Below, piece after piece: positions 1-6,741 of a stretch of 64,000 nt of DNA. The DNA comes from a virus. The notes below the pieces were generated by a model. That model was given only the letters and a program-made list of their open reading frames with translations, did not search any database and was not told the origin of the DNA. The first letter of the stretch is position 1, and each line of letters opens with the position of its first letter. Made by a program: the position numbers and the translations under genes. Where the stretch lies: positions 1 through 64,000 of the IMG/VR virus record IMGVR_UViG_3300029454_000001, one strand, 5' to 3'.

Positions 1-122
1 CGGTATTGGTTGCCGCTGACCGATATCCGGTATTGGTTGCCGCTGACTGATATCCGGTATTGGTTGCCGCTGACTGATTTCCGGTATTGGTTGCCGCTGA
101 CTGATCTCCGGTATTGGTTGCC
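1..122. repeat. 27-bp tandem repeat, 4.5 copies, in frame inside the partial CDS
   Basis: cggtattggttgccgctgac(c/t)gat(a/t/c)tc at 1-27, 28-54, 55-81 and 82-108, with a partial copy at 109-122. Copies differ only at 2-3 positions. Confidence 0.95.
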
Positions 123-445
123 TTATCGTCTTCCCAATTAACTTGCTCTTTGATGTATTCAACGCCAGCTTTGATAATTCCAGCAATTCCAATTTCTGCT
201 TTCACGGAAATTTTCTTCCCAACTCTCTTGCTATCATCAGATGATTTCTGATTATTCGCTTCAAGCTCCACTTCGCAATATCTGGAATCTGAAGGTGGAT
301 AATAATTGAATACATCCATAGGAAATTCGCATGCATGGAATCCATAATTGCAAATGTCTGCTTTTTCTTCCGAATATTCTTTTCCGATTTCATACTGGAA
401 ATCTCTGCACTTTAAGTCTTTATCAAAGCCTTTAAAGCATTTCAT
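1..445 (-). CDS. Partial CDS (C-terminus runs off the window): DUF7666-like N-terminal domain followed by 9-aa tandem repeats ATNTG-x-QSA
   Basis: Absent from the ORF track because it has no stop in the window. ATG at 445-443 overlaps the upstream stop (ATGA). My translation: MKCFKGFDKDLKCRDFQYEIGKEY..CNYGFHACEFPMDVFNYYPPS..VKAEIGIAGIIKAG..DDK, then ATNTGDQSA/ATNTGNQSA/ATNTGYQSA repeats. Confidence 0.7.
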   Translation of the reverse strand, partial: MKCFKGFDKDLKCRDFQYEIGKEYSEEKADICNYGFHACEFPMDVFNYYPPSDSRYCEVELEANNQKSSDDSKRVGKKISVKAEIGIAGIIKAGVEYIKEQVNWEDDKATNTGDQSAATNTGNQSAATNTGYQSAATNTGYRSAATNT

Positions 446-630
446 TCTTTCTTTTCCTCCTTTGATTCCTCTAAACCAAGCCCAAGCATTTTGAATGCCA
501 TGTCCTTTGTGAAATCATAATCTTTCACGCTATTCGCCCAAGCTTCAAATGCCTTTAATCTTCCAACCAGAAGTGCATATTCTTCATTGGCGTTCTCTGG
601 AATGTAATCTGTGCTCTTAGTTTCTCCCAT
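442..630 (-). CDS. Hypothetical small early protein (62 aa)
   Basis: ORF track. Tightly packed with its neighbours: 4-nt overlap downstream and a 2-nt gap upstream. Confidence 0.5.
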   Translation of the reverse strand: MGETKSTDYIPENANEEYALLVGRLKAFEAWANSVKDYDFTKDMAFKMLGLGLEESKEEKKE

Positions 631-632
631 GA

Positions 633-923
633 TTAATTCTCCTTGTCTTTTGTACCGAATGTTTTAAGCATTTCTTCCAGAAGCGAAAAAATCGGAATAA
701 TTGCATCTACCTGTTTGAACTTTTCCTTGATTTCTTTATCAAGTTCTTCCTCGTTCATAAGGCCATGCTCAAATGAATGTCTAAGCTGTTCTTTTATTTC
801 TTTCTCTTCTCCACCATTTTTTACGAACATCTCTTTAATTTCGTGGGTAATAACTGCATACTCTGAAAGAATATCAACCCCTTTACCAGAAATGTTAACT
901 AATCCGTTTTCAAATTTAATCAT
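633..923 (-). CDS. Hypothetical protein (96 aa)
   Basis: ORF track. GGAGG-type RBS upstream (AGGGAGGAAAAACAATG on the minus strand). Confidence 0.55.
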   Translation of the reverse strand: MIKFENGLVNISGKGVDILSEYAVITHEIKEMFVKNGGEEKEIKEQLRHSFEHGLMNEEELDKEIKEKFKQVDAIIPIFSLLEEMLKTFGTKDKEN

Positions 924-997
924 TGTTTTTCCTCCCTATTTTCTTTTATTCTCTCCATCTGAATGGTATAATGTGTTCAGAAAGGAGGTATGTTAAA

Positions 998-1231
998 ATG
1001 TTTCTCAAATTAAAAGTTTCCTGTACTTGTCATTGCGATTACTATATAAGTGAAAGAATAAGTACAGACAAGGTTGTGTGCCCAAATTGCGGAAAGGAAC
1101 ATCCTTATTCTCATAAAATAATTTCAATGCTTCATGCCGCAAATGAGATTGATGATGGTAATGTTCCCGGAGTAGAAACCATAAAAACTTCCGTTATTTC
1201 TGAATGGGAAGATGTGACTGAGCGTCAATAA
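998..1231 (+). CDS. Small Cys-rich (zinc-ribbon-like) protein, 77 aa
   Basis: Internal Met of ORF 923..1231, preceded by AGGAGG at 983-988 with 9-nt spacing. CTCHC and CPNC motifs. Confidence 0.45.
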   Translation: MFLKLKVSCTCHCDYYISERISTDKVVCPNCGKEHPYSHKIISMLHAANEIDDGNVPGVETIKTSVISEWEDVTERQ

Positions 1232-1412
1232 CAATCTTCATGTACTCTAAAAAGCCTTTCGCTTCAGTAGCGGACAGACCGCATTCGGCAATTTCATTTT
1301 TCACTTTTTCTACAAGGTCGCTTGCCTTCTGTCCGTTTTTGCGGCGATATAACTGATATATTTTGGAATCATAATCGGATAACCTTTCAGAAACGTAATC
1401 ATCTGCTAACAT
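1194..1412 (-). CDS. Hypothetical protein (72 aa)
   Basis: ORF track. RBS GGAGGTGGA upstream. Follows the antirepressor gene in the same operon. Confidence 0.5.
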   Translation of the reverse strand: MLADDYVSERLSDYDSKIYQLYRRKNGQKASDLVEKVKNEIAECGLSATEAKGFLEYMKIVIDAQSHLPIQK

Positions 1413-1427
1413 CTTACGTCCACCTCC

Positions 1428-2198
1428 TTAACTTGCTATTTCATTCCCAAGAAACTTATTGATAAAATACAGTTGTCCTTTTCCGGTAACTTTTGTGGTT
1501 CTCGTTACTCTGACACTTCCGTCTGGATTCTGAACACTGGATTCCTTAACTTCAAATAGCCCTTGTTCAATGTATCTCTGCATTGGCATATTGTAACTTG
1601 CACCAGACTTCATCAGATAACCATTGTCTCGCATCCACTGGAACAATCTCTTCTGTCCTGTCTGTACACCATTCTGGCAAATCAACTTTGCGAGGTCTCC
1701 AATAAGGATTGAAGTGTGGCTGGTTGATACCGCATCGGCAAAGATCGTTTTCGGCTTGTCTGCTTCAATTTTTAGTCTTTGCTTTTCGATAATCTTGTCT
1801 CTCTCTGCGATTTTCTTCTTTGCTACCAGAATTGCTTTCGCCATCAATTCTTCATCAGAAAGTGTTTCTTGTCCTAAAATGTAACCGCCATTCTTACGGA
1901 TGGATGGTATAACTTCATCAAACACCCATGTTTCAAACTTTTCTGCGGATGGTAGTTTACTCCTTACTATCAAACGGTAAATATCCCCTTCTGGTATTAC
2001 TTTCATGCACTGGATTCCACCTTTTGAAGGTATGTCCATTTCGGACACCCCTTTACAATGAGTACGAATTGCTTTTGCTGTTTCCACGTAACCAAGTGCT
2101 CTTGCTACATCATTTGCAACAAAATACGGTTTACCATCAATCTCTACCGTCCGAATATCTCCGAACTCTGGCGAATTAAAAATCTGTAATTCGTTCAT
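1428..2198 (-). CDS. Phage antirepressor, BRO-N domain plus KilAC-type C-terminal domain
   Basis: N-terminus FNSPEFGDIRTVEIDGKPYFVANDVARALGY..KLPSAEKFETWVFDEVIPSIRKNGGY is the BRO-N signature. The C-terminal half resembles KilAC/ANT domains. Confidence 0.85.
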   Translation of the reverse strand: MNELQIFNSPEFGDIRTVEIDGKPYFVANDVARALGYVETAKAIRTHCKGVSEMDIPSKGGIQCMKVIPEGDIYRLIVRSKLPSAEKFETWVFDEVIPSIRKNGGYILGQETLSDEELMAKAILVAKKKIAERDKIIEKQRLKIEADKPKTIFADAVSTSHTSILIGDLAKLICQNGVQTGQKRLFQWMRDNGYLMKSGASYNMPMQRYIEQGLFEVKESSVQNPDGSVRVTRTTKVTGKGQLYFINKFLGNEIAS

Positions 2199-2380
2199 TA
2201 TTCTCCTTTCTTGTTTAAAATAAGAATCTTCCTGCTAAGAATATTCCACAAAAAATCCCGATAATTATAAAAATTATGTCAACTATGGAATACCTCTTCT
2301 TTAACACTTCATATTTAAGCCTTTTGATTTTAACTATTTCCTTTCTGTGATATAATCTCCTTTAGGAAGGAGGTGTTAAT

Positions 2381-2557
2381 TTGAAAAGCTTTGATGATTT
2401 CTTAAACACTGTTGACATGGAAAAACTAATCACCCCAACAGTTAGCACGATCGAAAATACAGATAATTTTGTAACTGTCATTACTGGATTATCTACCTCG
2501 ATTGCCGTTAATCTTCTACGTCAGTATCACGAATGGATTTCTGAACAGCAGAAGTAA
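2381..2557 (+). CDS. Small plus-strand ORF (58 aa, TTG start)
   Basis: Extended -10 TGTGATATAAT at about 2346-2356, strong RBS GGAAGGAGGTG at 2366-2376, TTG at 2381. Below the ORF-track size cutoff. Its 3' end overlaps the convergent ORF 2508..2699. Confidence 0.35.
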   Translation: MKSFDDFLNTVDMEKLITPTVSTIENTDNFVTVITGLSTSIAVNLLRQYHEWISEQQK

Positions 2558-2699
2558 TTCCATCAGAAACACATTTTGAAATGCTTTTCCCATCAATATT
2601 AGTTTCAAAAATACGTTTCTTTTTAGAGGGCTCCAGGATATTATGAATAGCTTGGAGCTCTTTCAAAATAGCGCAAAGAACATTATATGTACCACTCAT
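2508..2699 (-). CDS. Hypothetical early protein (63 aa)
   Basis: ORF track. RBS AAGGAGGTG lies 5 nt upstream of the ATG. Confidence 0.55.
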   Translation of the reverse strand: MSGTYNVLCAILKELQAIHNILEPSKKKRIFETNIDGKSISKCVSDGITSAVQKSIRDTDVED

Positions 2700-2711
2700 C
2701 TTCCCACCTCC

Positions 2712-2858
2712 TTATGAGCTTTCCTTCTTGTCAATAGTGTTTTCTGTAGTGTCAATGACACCATTCATATATCCAAGAAGATAGTTTTTCTTATCATCTG
2801 GCAACTTATCAATTCGTTCAGTTACGTTTCTGATAAGTTCTTTCTTTTCCTCTGACAT
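2712..2858 (-). CDS. First gene of the leftward early operon (48 aa, occupies the Cro position but has no obvious HTH)
   Basis: My translation MSEEKKELIRNVTERIDKLPDDKKNYLLGYMNGVIDTTENTIDKKESS. RBS GGAGGTGATTGA. Directly downstream of the consensus promoter at 2893-2921. Confidence 0.45.
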   Translation of the reverse strand: MSEEKKELIRNVTERIDKLPDDKKNYLLGYMNGVIDTTENTIDKKESS

Positions 2859-2892
2859 TCAATCACCTCCTATTTGTTCATCTGATGTACAC

Positions 2893-2921
2893 AATATACC
2901 ACACTTAATGTGCATTGTCAA
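2893..2921 (-). promoter_or_regulatory. Leftward early promoter, TTGACA-17-TATATT with TG extension
   Basis: Minus strand reads TTGACA (2921-2916), a 17-nt spacer, then TGGTATATT (-10 at 2898-2893). Confidence 0.6.
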
Positions 2922-2931
2922 TAACTTTTTG

Positions 2932-2960
2932 TTGACTAAATGTACAAAATATGATATATT
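2932..2960 (+). promoter_or_regulatory. Rightward repressor promoter, TTGACT-17-TATATT
   Basis: TTGACT at 2932-2937, 17-nt spacer, TATATT at 2955-2960. Back-to-back with the leftward promoter, the -35 boxes 10 bp apart. Confidence 0.6.
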
Positions 2961-2979
2961 ATTTTTAGGAGGTGAGAAA

Positions 2980-3336
2980 ATGACATTAGCGGAAAGAATT
3001 CGGTTTGTTCGTGAAAAATACGGTGATAGCCAAACTAAATTTGCCGAAAAAATTAAGATTTCCAGATCTGCTGTAAGCAAGATTGAAAGTGGTGAAAATA
3101 CTCCTTCCAATCAGACTATTACTTTAATCTGTAAGGAGTATCACACAAACTATCTGTGGCTAACAGAAGAAAAAGGTGAACAGGAATCTGACAATAGTGA
3201 TGCGCAGGCTATTGTAGATTCAGTAATGAAGGGCGATAACGAATTTGCTAAAAGTGTTTTGGTAAAATTTGCGAAGCTCAGTGAAGATCACTGGAAACAA
3301 ATTGAAAACATTCTAAATGAATTGGAAAAGAATTAA
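2980..3336 (+). CDS. CI-like XRE-family HTH repressor (118 aa)
   Basis: Internal Met after RBS AGGAGGTGAGAAA. HTH signature QTKFAEKIKISRSAVSKIESGENTPSNQTITLICKEY. Divergent from the early operon. Confidence 0.85.
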   Translation: MTLAERIRFVREKYGDSQTKFAEKIKISRSAVSKIESGENTPSNQTITLICKEYHTNYLWLTEEKGEQESDNSDAQAIVDSVMKGDNEFAKSVLVKFAKLSEDHWKQIENILNELEKN

Positions 3337-3343
3337 AGAAAGG

Positions 3344-3371
3344 CCGGGGTTAATCCCCGGTCATTTCTTTT
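3344..3371 (+). terminator. Rho-independent terminator after the repressor gene
   Basis: CCGGGG-TTAAT-CCCCGG hairpin (3344-3360) followed by the T-rich run tcatttctttt. Confidence 0.6.
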
Positions 3372-3517
3372 ATATAAAGATATTCAAGAAGCTTATAAAC
3401 ACGTTTAAGCGTGTAAGGGTCTTTCACCTCTTCTAAAAGTTTTTTAATTTCCTCTTTGTAATTAATATCATCATTTTTCTTGTAATCCACGTAAATCCCT
3501 CCCAATATTCCAAACAT
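3350..3517 (-). CDS. Possible small ORF (55 aa from ATG, or about 46 aa from an internal GTG with a GGGAGGG RBS)
   Basis: My translation ..VDYKKNDDINYKEEIKKLLEEVKDPYTLKRVYKLLEYLYIKEMTGD. Below the ORF-track cutoff and overlaps the terminator hairpin. Confidence 0.3.
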   Translation of the reverse strand: MFGILGGIYVDYKKNDDINYKEEIKKLLEEVKDPYTLKRVYKLLEYLYIKEMTGD

Positions 3518-3535
3518 TTGTTCTTATTTATTAAA

Positions 3536-3892
3536 TTATACCATGTTTCCATAACTATATACTGGGACGGAATCATCTCCGCTTAAATCCTTTCTGGCAA
3601 GTTGCTTTTCCTCTATATTTTTACAGATTACGAGATTTTTTGTATAAATATTGTGATTTTCGCTTTTCCAAATCGTAATAATAATAGATAGAAATAAAGG
3701 GGCTGGATGCTTGTCTGCGAGGGATTTATAGCGTTCATGAACAACCTGTTTTACCTCTGCTTTTGCAGTTTCGATAGTTTTATTCCTCCCAAAGATAATA
3801 CTACGATCCGGGCGGAAGTAAACGTATTGAATCAAGAACGCCTGCACGAATATCAGTATAAACACAATTATGATTTTTTTATGTTTCTCCAT
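3536..3892 (-). CDS. Small membrane-anchored or secreted protein (118 aa), candidate target of the LytTR regulator
   Basis: N-terminal hydrophobic segment KKIIIVFILIFVQAFLIQYVYF. RBS AAAGGGGATGGATTC. Divergent from the LytTR gene. Confidence 0.6.
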   Translation of the reverse strand: MEKHKKIIIVFILIFVQAFLIQYVYFRPDRSIIFGRNKTIETAKAEVKQVVHERYKSLADKHPAPLFLSIIITIWKSENHNIYTKNLVICKNIEEKQLARKDLSGDDSVPVYSYGNMV

Positions 3893-3969
3893 GAATCCAT
3901 CCCCTTTACACTATCATCTTAATGTATTACAATAACATTGTATCAAAAAATATACAATCACACAGGAAA

Positions 3970-4000
3970 TGGCGAAATTAGCACCTCTGGTGGCGAATTT
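3970..4000 (-). promoter_or_regulatory. Candidate LytTR box: two 10-bp direct repeats phased 21 bp apart
   Basis: Plus strand TGGCGAAATT (3970-3979) and TGGCGAATTT (3991-4000). On the minus strand AAWTTCGCCA-N11-AAWTTCGCCA lies 27 nt upstream of a TACAAT -10 with a poor -35, facing gene 3536..3892. Confidence 0.35.
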
Positions 4001-4022
4001 TACGTGAAAAGAGATGATTTGA

Positions 4023-4724
4023 ATGAGAATTGCAATATGTGATGATAGCGAAATCCAGATTGATATATTTATGCATCGGATTAATAATTTTCTCAAACGA
4101 AATGGTGATATAAAAGCATTGATTACTCCGTATGATAAAGGGCAGCCGCTTATTGATGATGTGGCAGATGGCGAGTGGTATGATATTGTGGTTTTGGATA
4201 TCGTTTTGAAAGAAGAAAATGGAATTGAAGTCGCAAAGGAATTGAGATTAAATGGCTATAATGGAAATATTATTTTCTGGACAGCCCACAAAGAGTATGT
4301 TTTTGAAGCTCTTGATATACTCCCGGTACACTATATCATAAAAGGTTCTGAAAACGGCAGAATGTATAGTGCTTTCAATCATGCTCTGGAACATATCAGC
4401 AAAAGCACTCTTATGATAAAAGGAAAAGACTTTATTCATCGGGTGGAGTTTCAAAATATCGAATATATTGAGAGCCGAAACAAATACATCATTATCCACT
4501 GCACTTGCGGTATAGTTTATACGGAACGATGTAAACTATCCGATATTGAAGAATTACTGGATTCCAGATTCTTGAGATGTCACCAGAGCTACATAATAAA
4601 CATGGATGAGGTAAAAGAAATAAATACTTCGTTCCTTATGTTTTCTGGGAATACTGTGCCAATCAGAAGAAAAGACTTTGTGAAAATAAGAAACGAATTT
4701 GAAGAATATACAACATTTAAGTAG
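4023..4724 (+). CDS. Orphan response regulator, receiver domain plus LytTR DNA-binding domain (AgrA/LytR type)
   Basis: MRIAICDDSE..IVVLDIVL..IIFWTAHKEY is receiver-like. RVEFQNIEYIESRNKYIIIH..FLRCHQSYIINMDEV..IPIRRKD is LytTR-like. No histidine kinase in the window. Confidence 0.9.
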   Translation: MRIAICDDSEIQIDIFMHRINNFLKRNGDIKALITPYDKGQPLIDDVADGEWYDIVVLDIVLKEENGIEVAKELRLNGYNGNIIFWTAHKEYVFEALDILPVHYIIKGSENGRMYSAFNHALEHISKSTLMIKGKDFIHRVEFQNIEYIESRNKYIIIHCTCGIVYTERCKLSDIEELLDSRFLRCHQSYIINMDEVKEINTSFLMFSGNTVPIRRKDFVKIRNEFEEYTTFK

Positions 4725-4745
4725 CTCCCGGGAAAACCCCGGGAG
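4725..4745. terminator. Hairpin between convergent genes, putative bidirectional terminator
   Basis: CTCCCGGG-AAAAC-CCCGGGAG, an 8-bp GC-rich stem between the stops at 4724 and 4751. U-tracts are weak. Confidence 0.5.
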
Positions 4746-4750
4746 TGTTA

Positions 4751-5557
4751 TTATTTCAGTAATTCATTGACTTTTTTCTGCACTTCTGCGTAGTTGTAGC
4801 CAGCGGATTCCAGGCGGTCTCGTCTATCTTGTCCATTTCCCCATTCGCCGTTGATTACCTCTTTTGCGACCTGGGCTACACTTTTCTTTGCAGTCACGGA
4901 ATACACAGATTTTCCATTCCAATCAAAAACAGAATAACCGGCTTTGCAAGCCTTCTTTGCATTTTTGAATGACTTGTACGCCCCGATCTGGCTCTTAGAA
5001 TCCTTCCAGGTCTTGCGGACACGGTAATACTTGTCAACCTTTACTGTCGGCTTTGTGGTTGGAACTGTCACGGTTTCACTGGAAATAAGCTTCTTAAATC
5101 TATTCCAGTCTCCCTTTCCACGGATAATGGAAGGGCAATTCTTAGCGCACACATCGTAGTGCTGAACAACTCGGCTTGCCGGAATGCCGTATTTTTTCAT
5201 AAGCTGCTTACATACATCAACTGTATTTTGGAATGCCTTTTCGTAGTTGTAACCGGCATTCATGCACATTTCAATCCCGATAGAGTTGTGATTGTTTATA
5301 GTTCCAAAAAGCTTACTGCCGTAATTTACGCCAACGTGCCATGCTCCACGATTATACGGCAAAGCTTGGTATGCTGATTTATCATCAACGAATACGTGGG
5401 CTGAATAGCCATGAAAATTGCCGTTATGCTGTGCGGTGGCGTGTGCCTTGGCATCTGCTGTCTTGGCGGTATTATCCGTATTGTGGATGACAATATACAG
5501 AGGTGTCTGTCCGGCGTAGCTGTTGTTGTTGCTGATTAATGAGGTATTGATATTCAT
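4751..5557 (-). CDS. Endolysin: N-acetylmuramoyl-L-alanine amidase (Amidase_2/PGRP type), SPOR-like middle segment, C-terminal Cpl-7 (CW_7) motif
   Basis: PLYIVIHNTDN..AHVFVDD..GAWHVG is the amidase_2 pattern. YYRVRKTWKDSKSQIGAYKSFKNAKKACKAGY is SPOR-like. VINGEWGNGQDRRDRLESAGYNYAEVQKKVNELL is CW_7-like. Start chosen at the internal Met with RBS AAAGGAGAACATAC. The alternative upstream ATG at 5677 is discussed in findings. Confidence 0.85.
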   Translation of the reverse strand: MNINTSLISNNNSYAGQTPLYIVIHNTDNTAKTADAKAHATAQHNGNFHGYSAHVFVDDKSAYQALPYNRGAWHVGVNYGSKLFGTINNHNSIGIEMCMNAGYNYEKAFQNTVDVCKQLMKKYGIPASRVVQHYDVCAKNCPSIIRGKGDWNRFKKLISSETVTVPTTKPTVKVDKYYRVRKTWKDSKSQIGAYKSFKNAKKACKAGYSVFDWNGKSVYSVTAKKSVAQVAKEVINGEWGNGQDRRDRLESAGYNYAEVQKKVNELLK

Positions 5558-5593
5558 GTATGTTCTCCTTTCATTGTTGAGGTTAAAAAAGTG

Positions 5594-5623
5594 CATAATA
5601 AAAAGCACCCCAAATGGGATGCT
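5594..5623 (-). terminator. Terminator-like hairpin just upstream of the endolysin start
   Basis: Minus strand AGCAUCCC-AUUU-GGGGUGCU followed by UUUUUAUUAU. It lies inside the long form of ORF 4751..5677. Confidence 0.5.
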
Positions 5624-6219
5624 CTTTAACATAAACTTTTTATACAATATACCTACCATGATTAAATTCTCTGTCATAATGACATCACCTCCTTACCACA
5701 AGTATAGCTGTACCGTGATAAGGAGGCTATAATTTCCGCAGCTCTCTAACACATAAAATAGTGAGACCAAAAAATACATTAGCAGAGCTGAATATAAAAA
5801 AACCGAAAATAATCGTACTCTATATCGTATTGCACCAATCGTTTCAGATATTAGCGTATTGTGCATTAATAGAACTGGGCTTTATCTTATAACTCTCGGA
5901 CAAACTGGTGGAGTATTTAATAATGCATCAGTAAAAAAAATATATGAAGGTGGAAAAGATGCCAAAATTCAAATTGGTGAGAATAGAAAAAGTATAATTT
6001 TTGAATGTGATATATATTCCAATCCTATTTTTATTAGTGTTTTTAAATAACCTTGTATAATTATTATTTTAGTAAAGTAATCGTCAGATTGTCGCCTGAT
6101 GATAATACCATTCCATGAAGCCATTCAAGAGATTTGCTTTTAAATGTGACTATTTTAAAATCTGTAGAAACAGATATTAACAGATCATTGTCTTGGAATG
6201 AGTGGAAAAAGCTTGTTTC

Positions 6220-6678
6220 TTAATACAAAATCTTTTTACACGATGCCCAATTATTACTTGACTTATAGGCTACAGTGATTTGATTAGTATTAGCAAAAAT
6301 TGCGCAAGCGTCAGAGCCGTATGTAGAAGGTAAAAAAATTCCAAAAGACCATGCTGGAATTTTCTCACCAGTATTTCCCACGTTAACACTTGTTCCTCCA
6401 ACACTTAATAATTTTGCCTTAGTTCCATCCGGCATTTGTGTAATTCTCTCGGCAATATTGGGAAGCGAGTCACTATTTAATGTGTTAAGTGCCCCAATAA
6501 TTGTCTTGTTTTCCGTTTCCAATTTACTGATAACAGCCGTTGACATTTTATCCACGACATAATCCCAAAATTTGCTCATCAGTCCGCGCTTGTTTGCTCT
6601 CGCAGTTGCGTCATACAGCATTACTTCGTCATTATCCGCTAACGTATCTTTTGTTGTGTATTCAGTCCATTTTGGCAT
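6220..6678 (-). CDS. Hypothetical tail-tip associated protein (152 aa)
   Basis: ORF track. Immediately downstream of the giant tail fiber gene. N-terminus TTKDTLADNDEVMLYD resembles N-termini of phage fiber or spike accessory proteins. Confidence 0.55.
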   Translation of the reverse strand: MPKWTEYTTKDTLADNDEVMLYDATARANKRGLMSKFWDYVVDKMSTAVISKLETENKTIIGALNTLNSDSLPNIAERITQMPDGTKAKLLSVGGTSVNVGNTGEKIPAWSFGIFLPSTYGSDACAIFANTNQITVAYKSSNNWASCKKILY

Positions 6679-6741
6679 GTTGTTGTCCTCCTTTTAATTA
6701 TTGATATTAATTTATAAAAAGAGGATGATTTCTCACCCTCT

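Noticed and set aside
1-122. Possible CRISPR array, because of regularly spaced identical 27-bp units
   Set aside because: The units are contiguous with no spacers, are in frame, and translate to a 9-aa protein repeat continuous with an N-terminal domain. This is a coding tandem repeat.
5557-5677. SAR (signal-anchor-release) endolysin N-terminus
   Set aside because: The hydrophobic runs (LIMVGILY, IPFGVLFIMHFF) are too short and are interrupted by Lys residues, so they do not make a TM or SAR helix. A terminator-like hairpin lies inside the segment. It is kept only as an ambiguity in findings.
5757-6050. Plus-strand ORF 5859..6050 (TTG start) as a real gene, or a holin hidden in 5680-6219
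   Set aside because: No RBS and no ATG in the open frame. The minus-strand ORFs there are short and lack an RBS and TM segments. It is possibly a decayed gene remnant.
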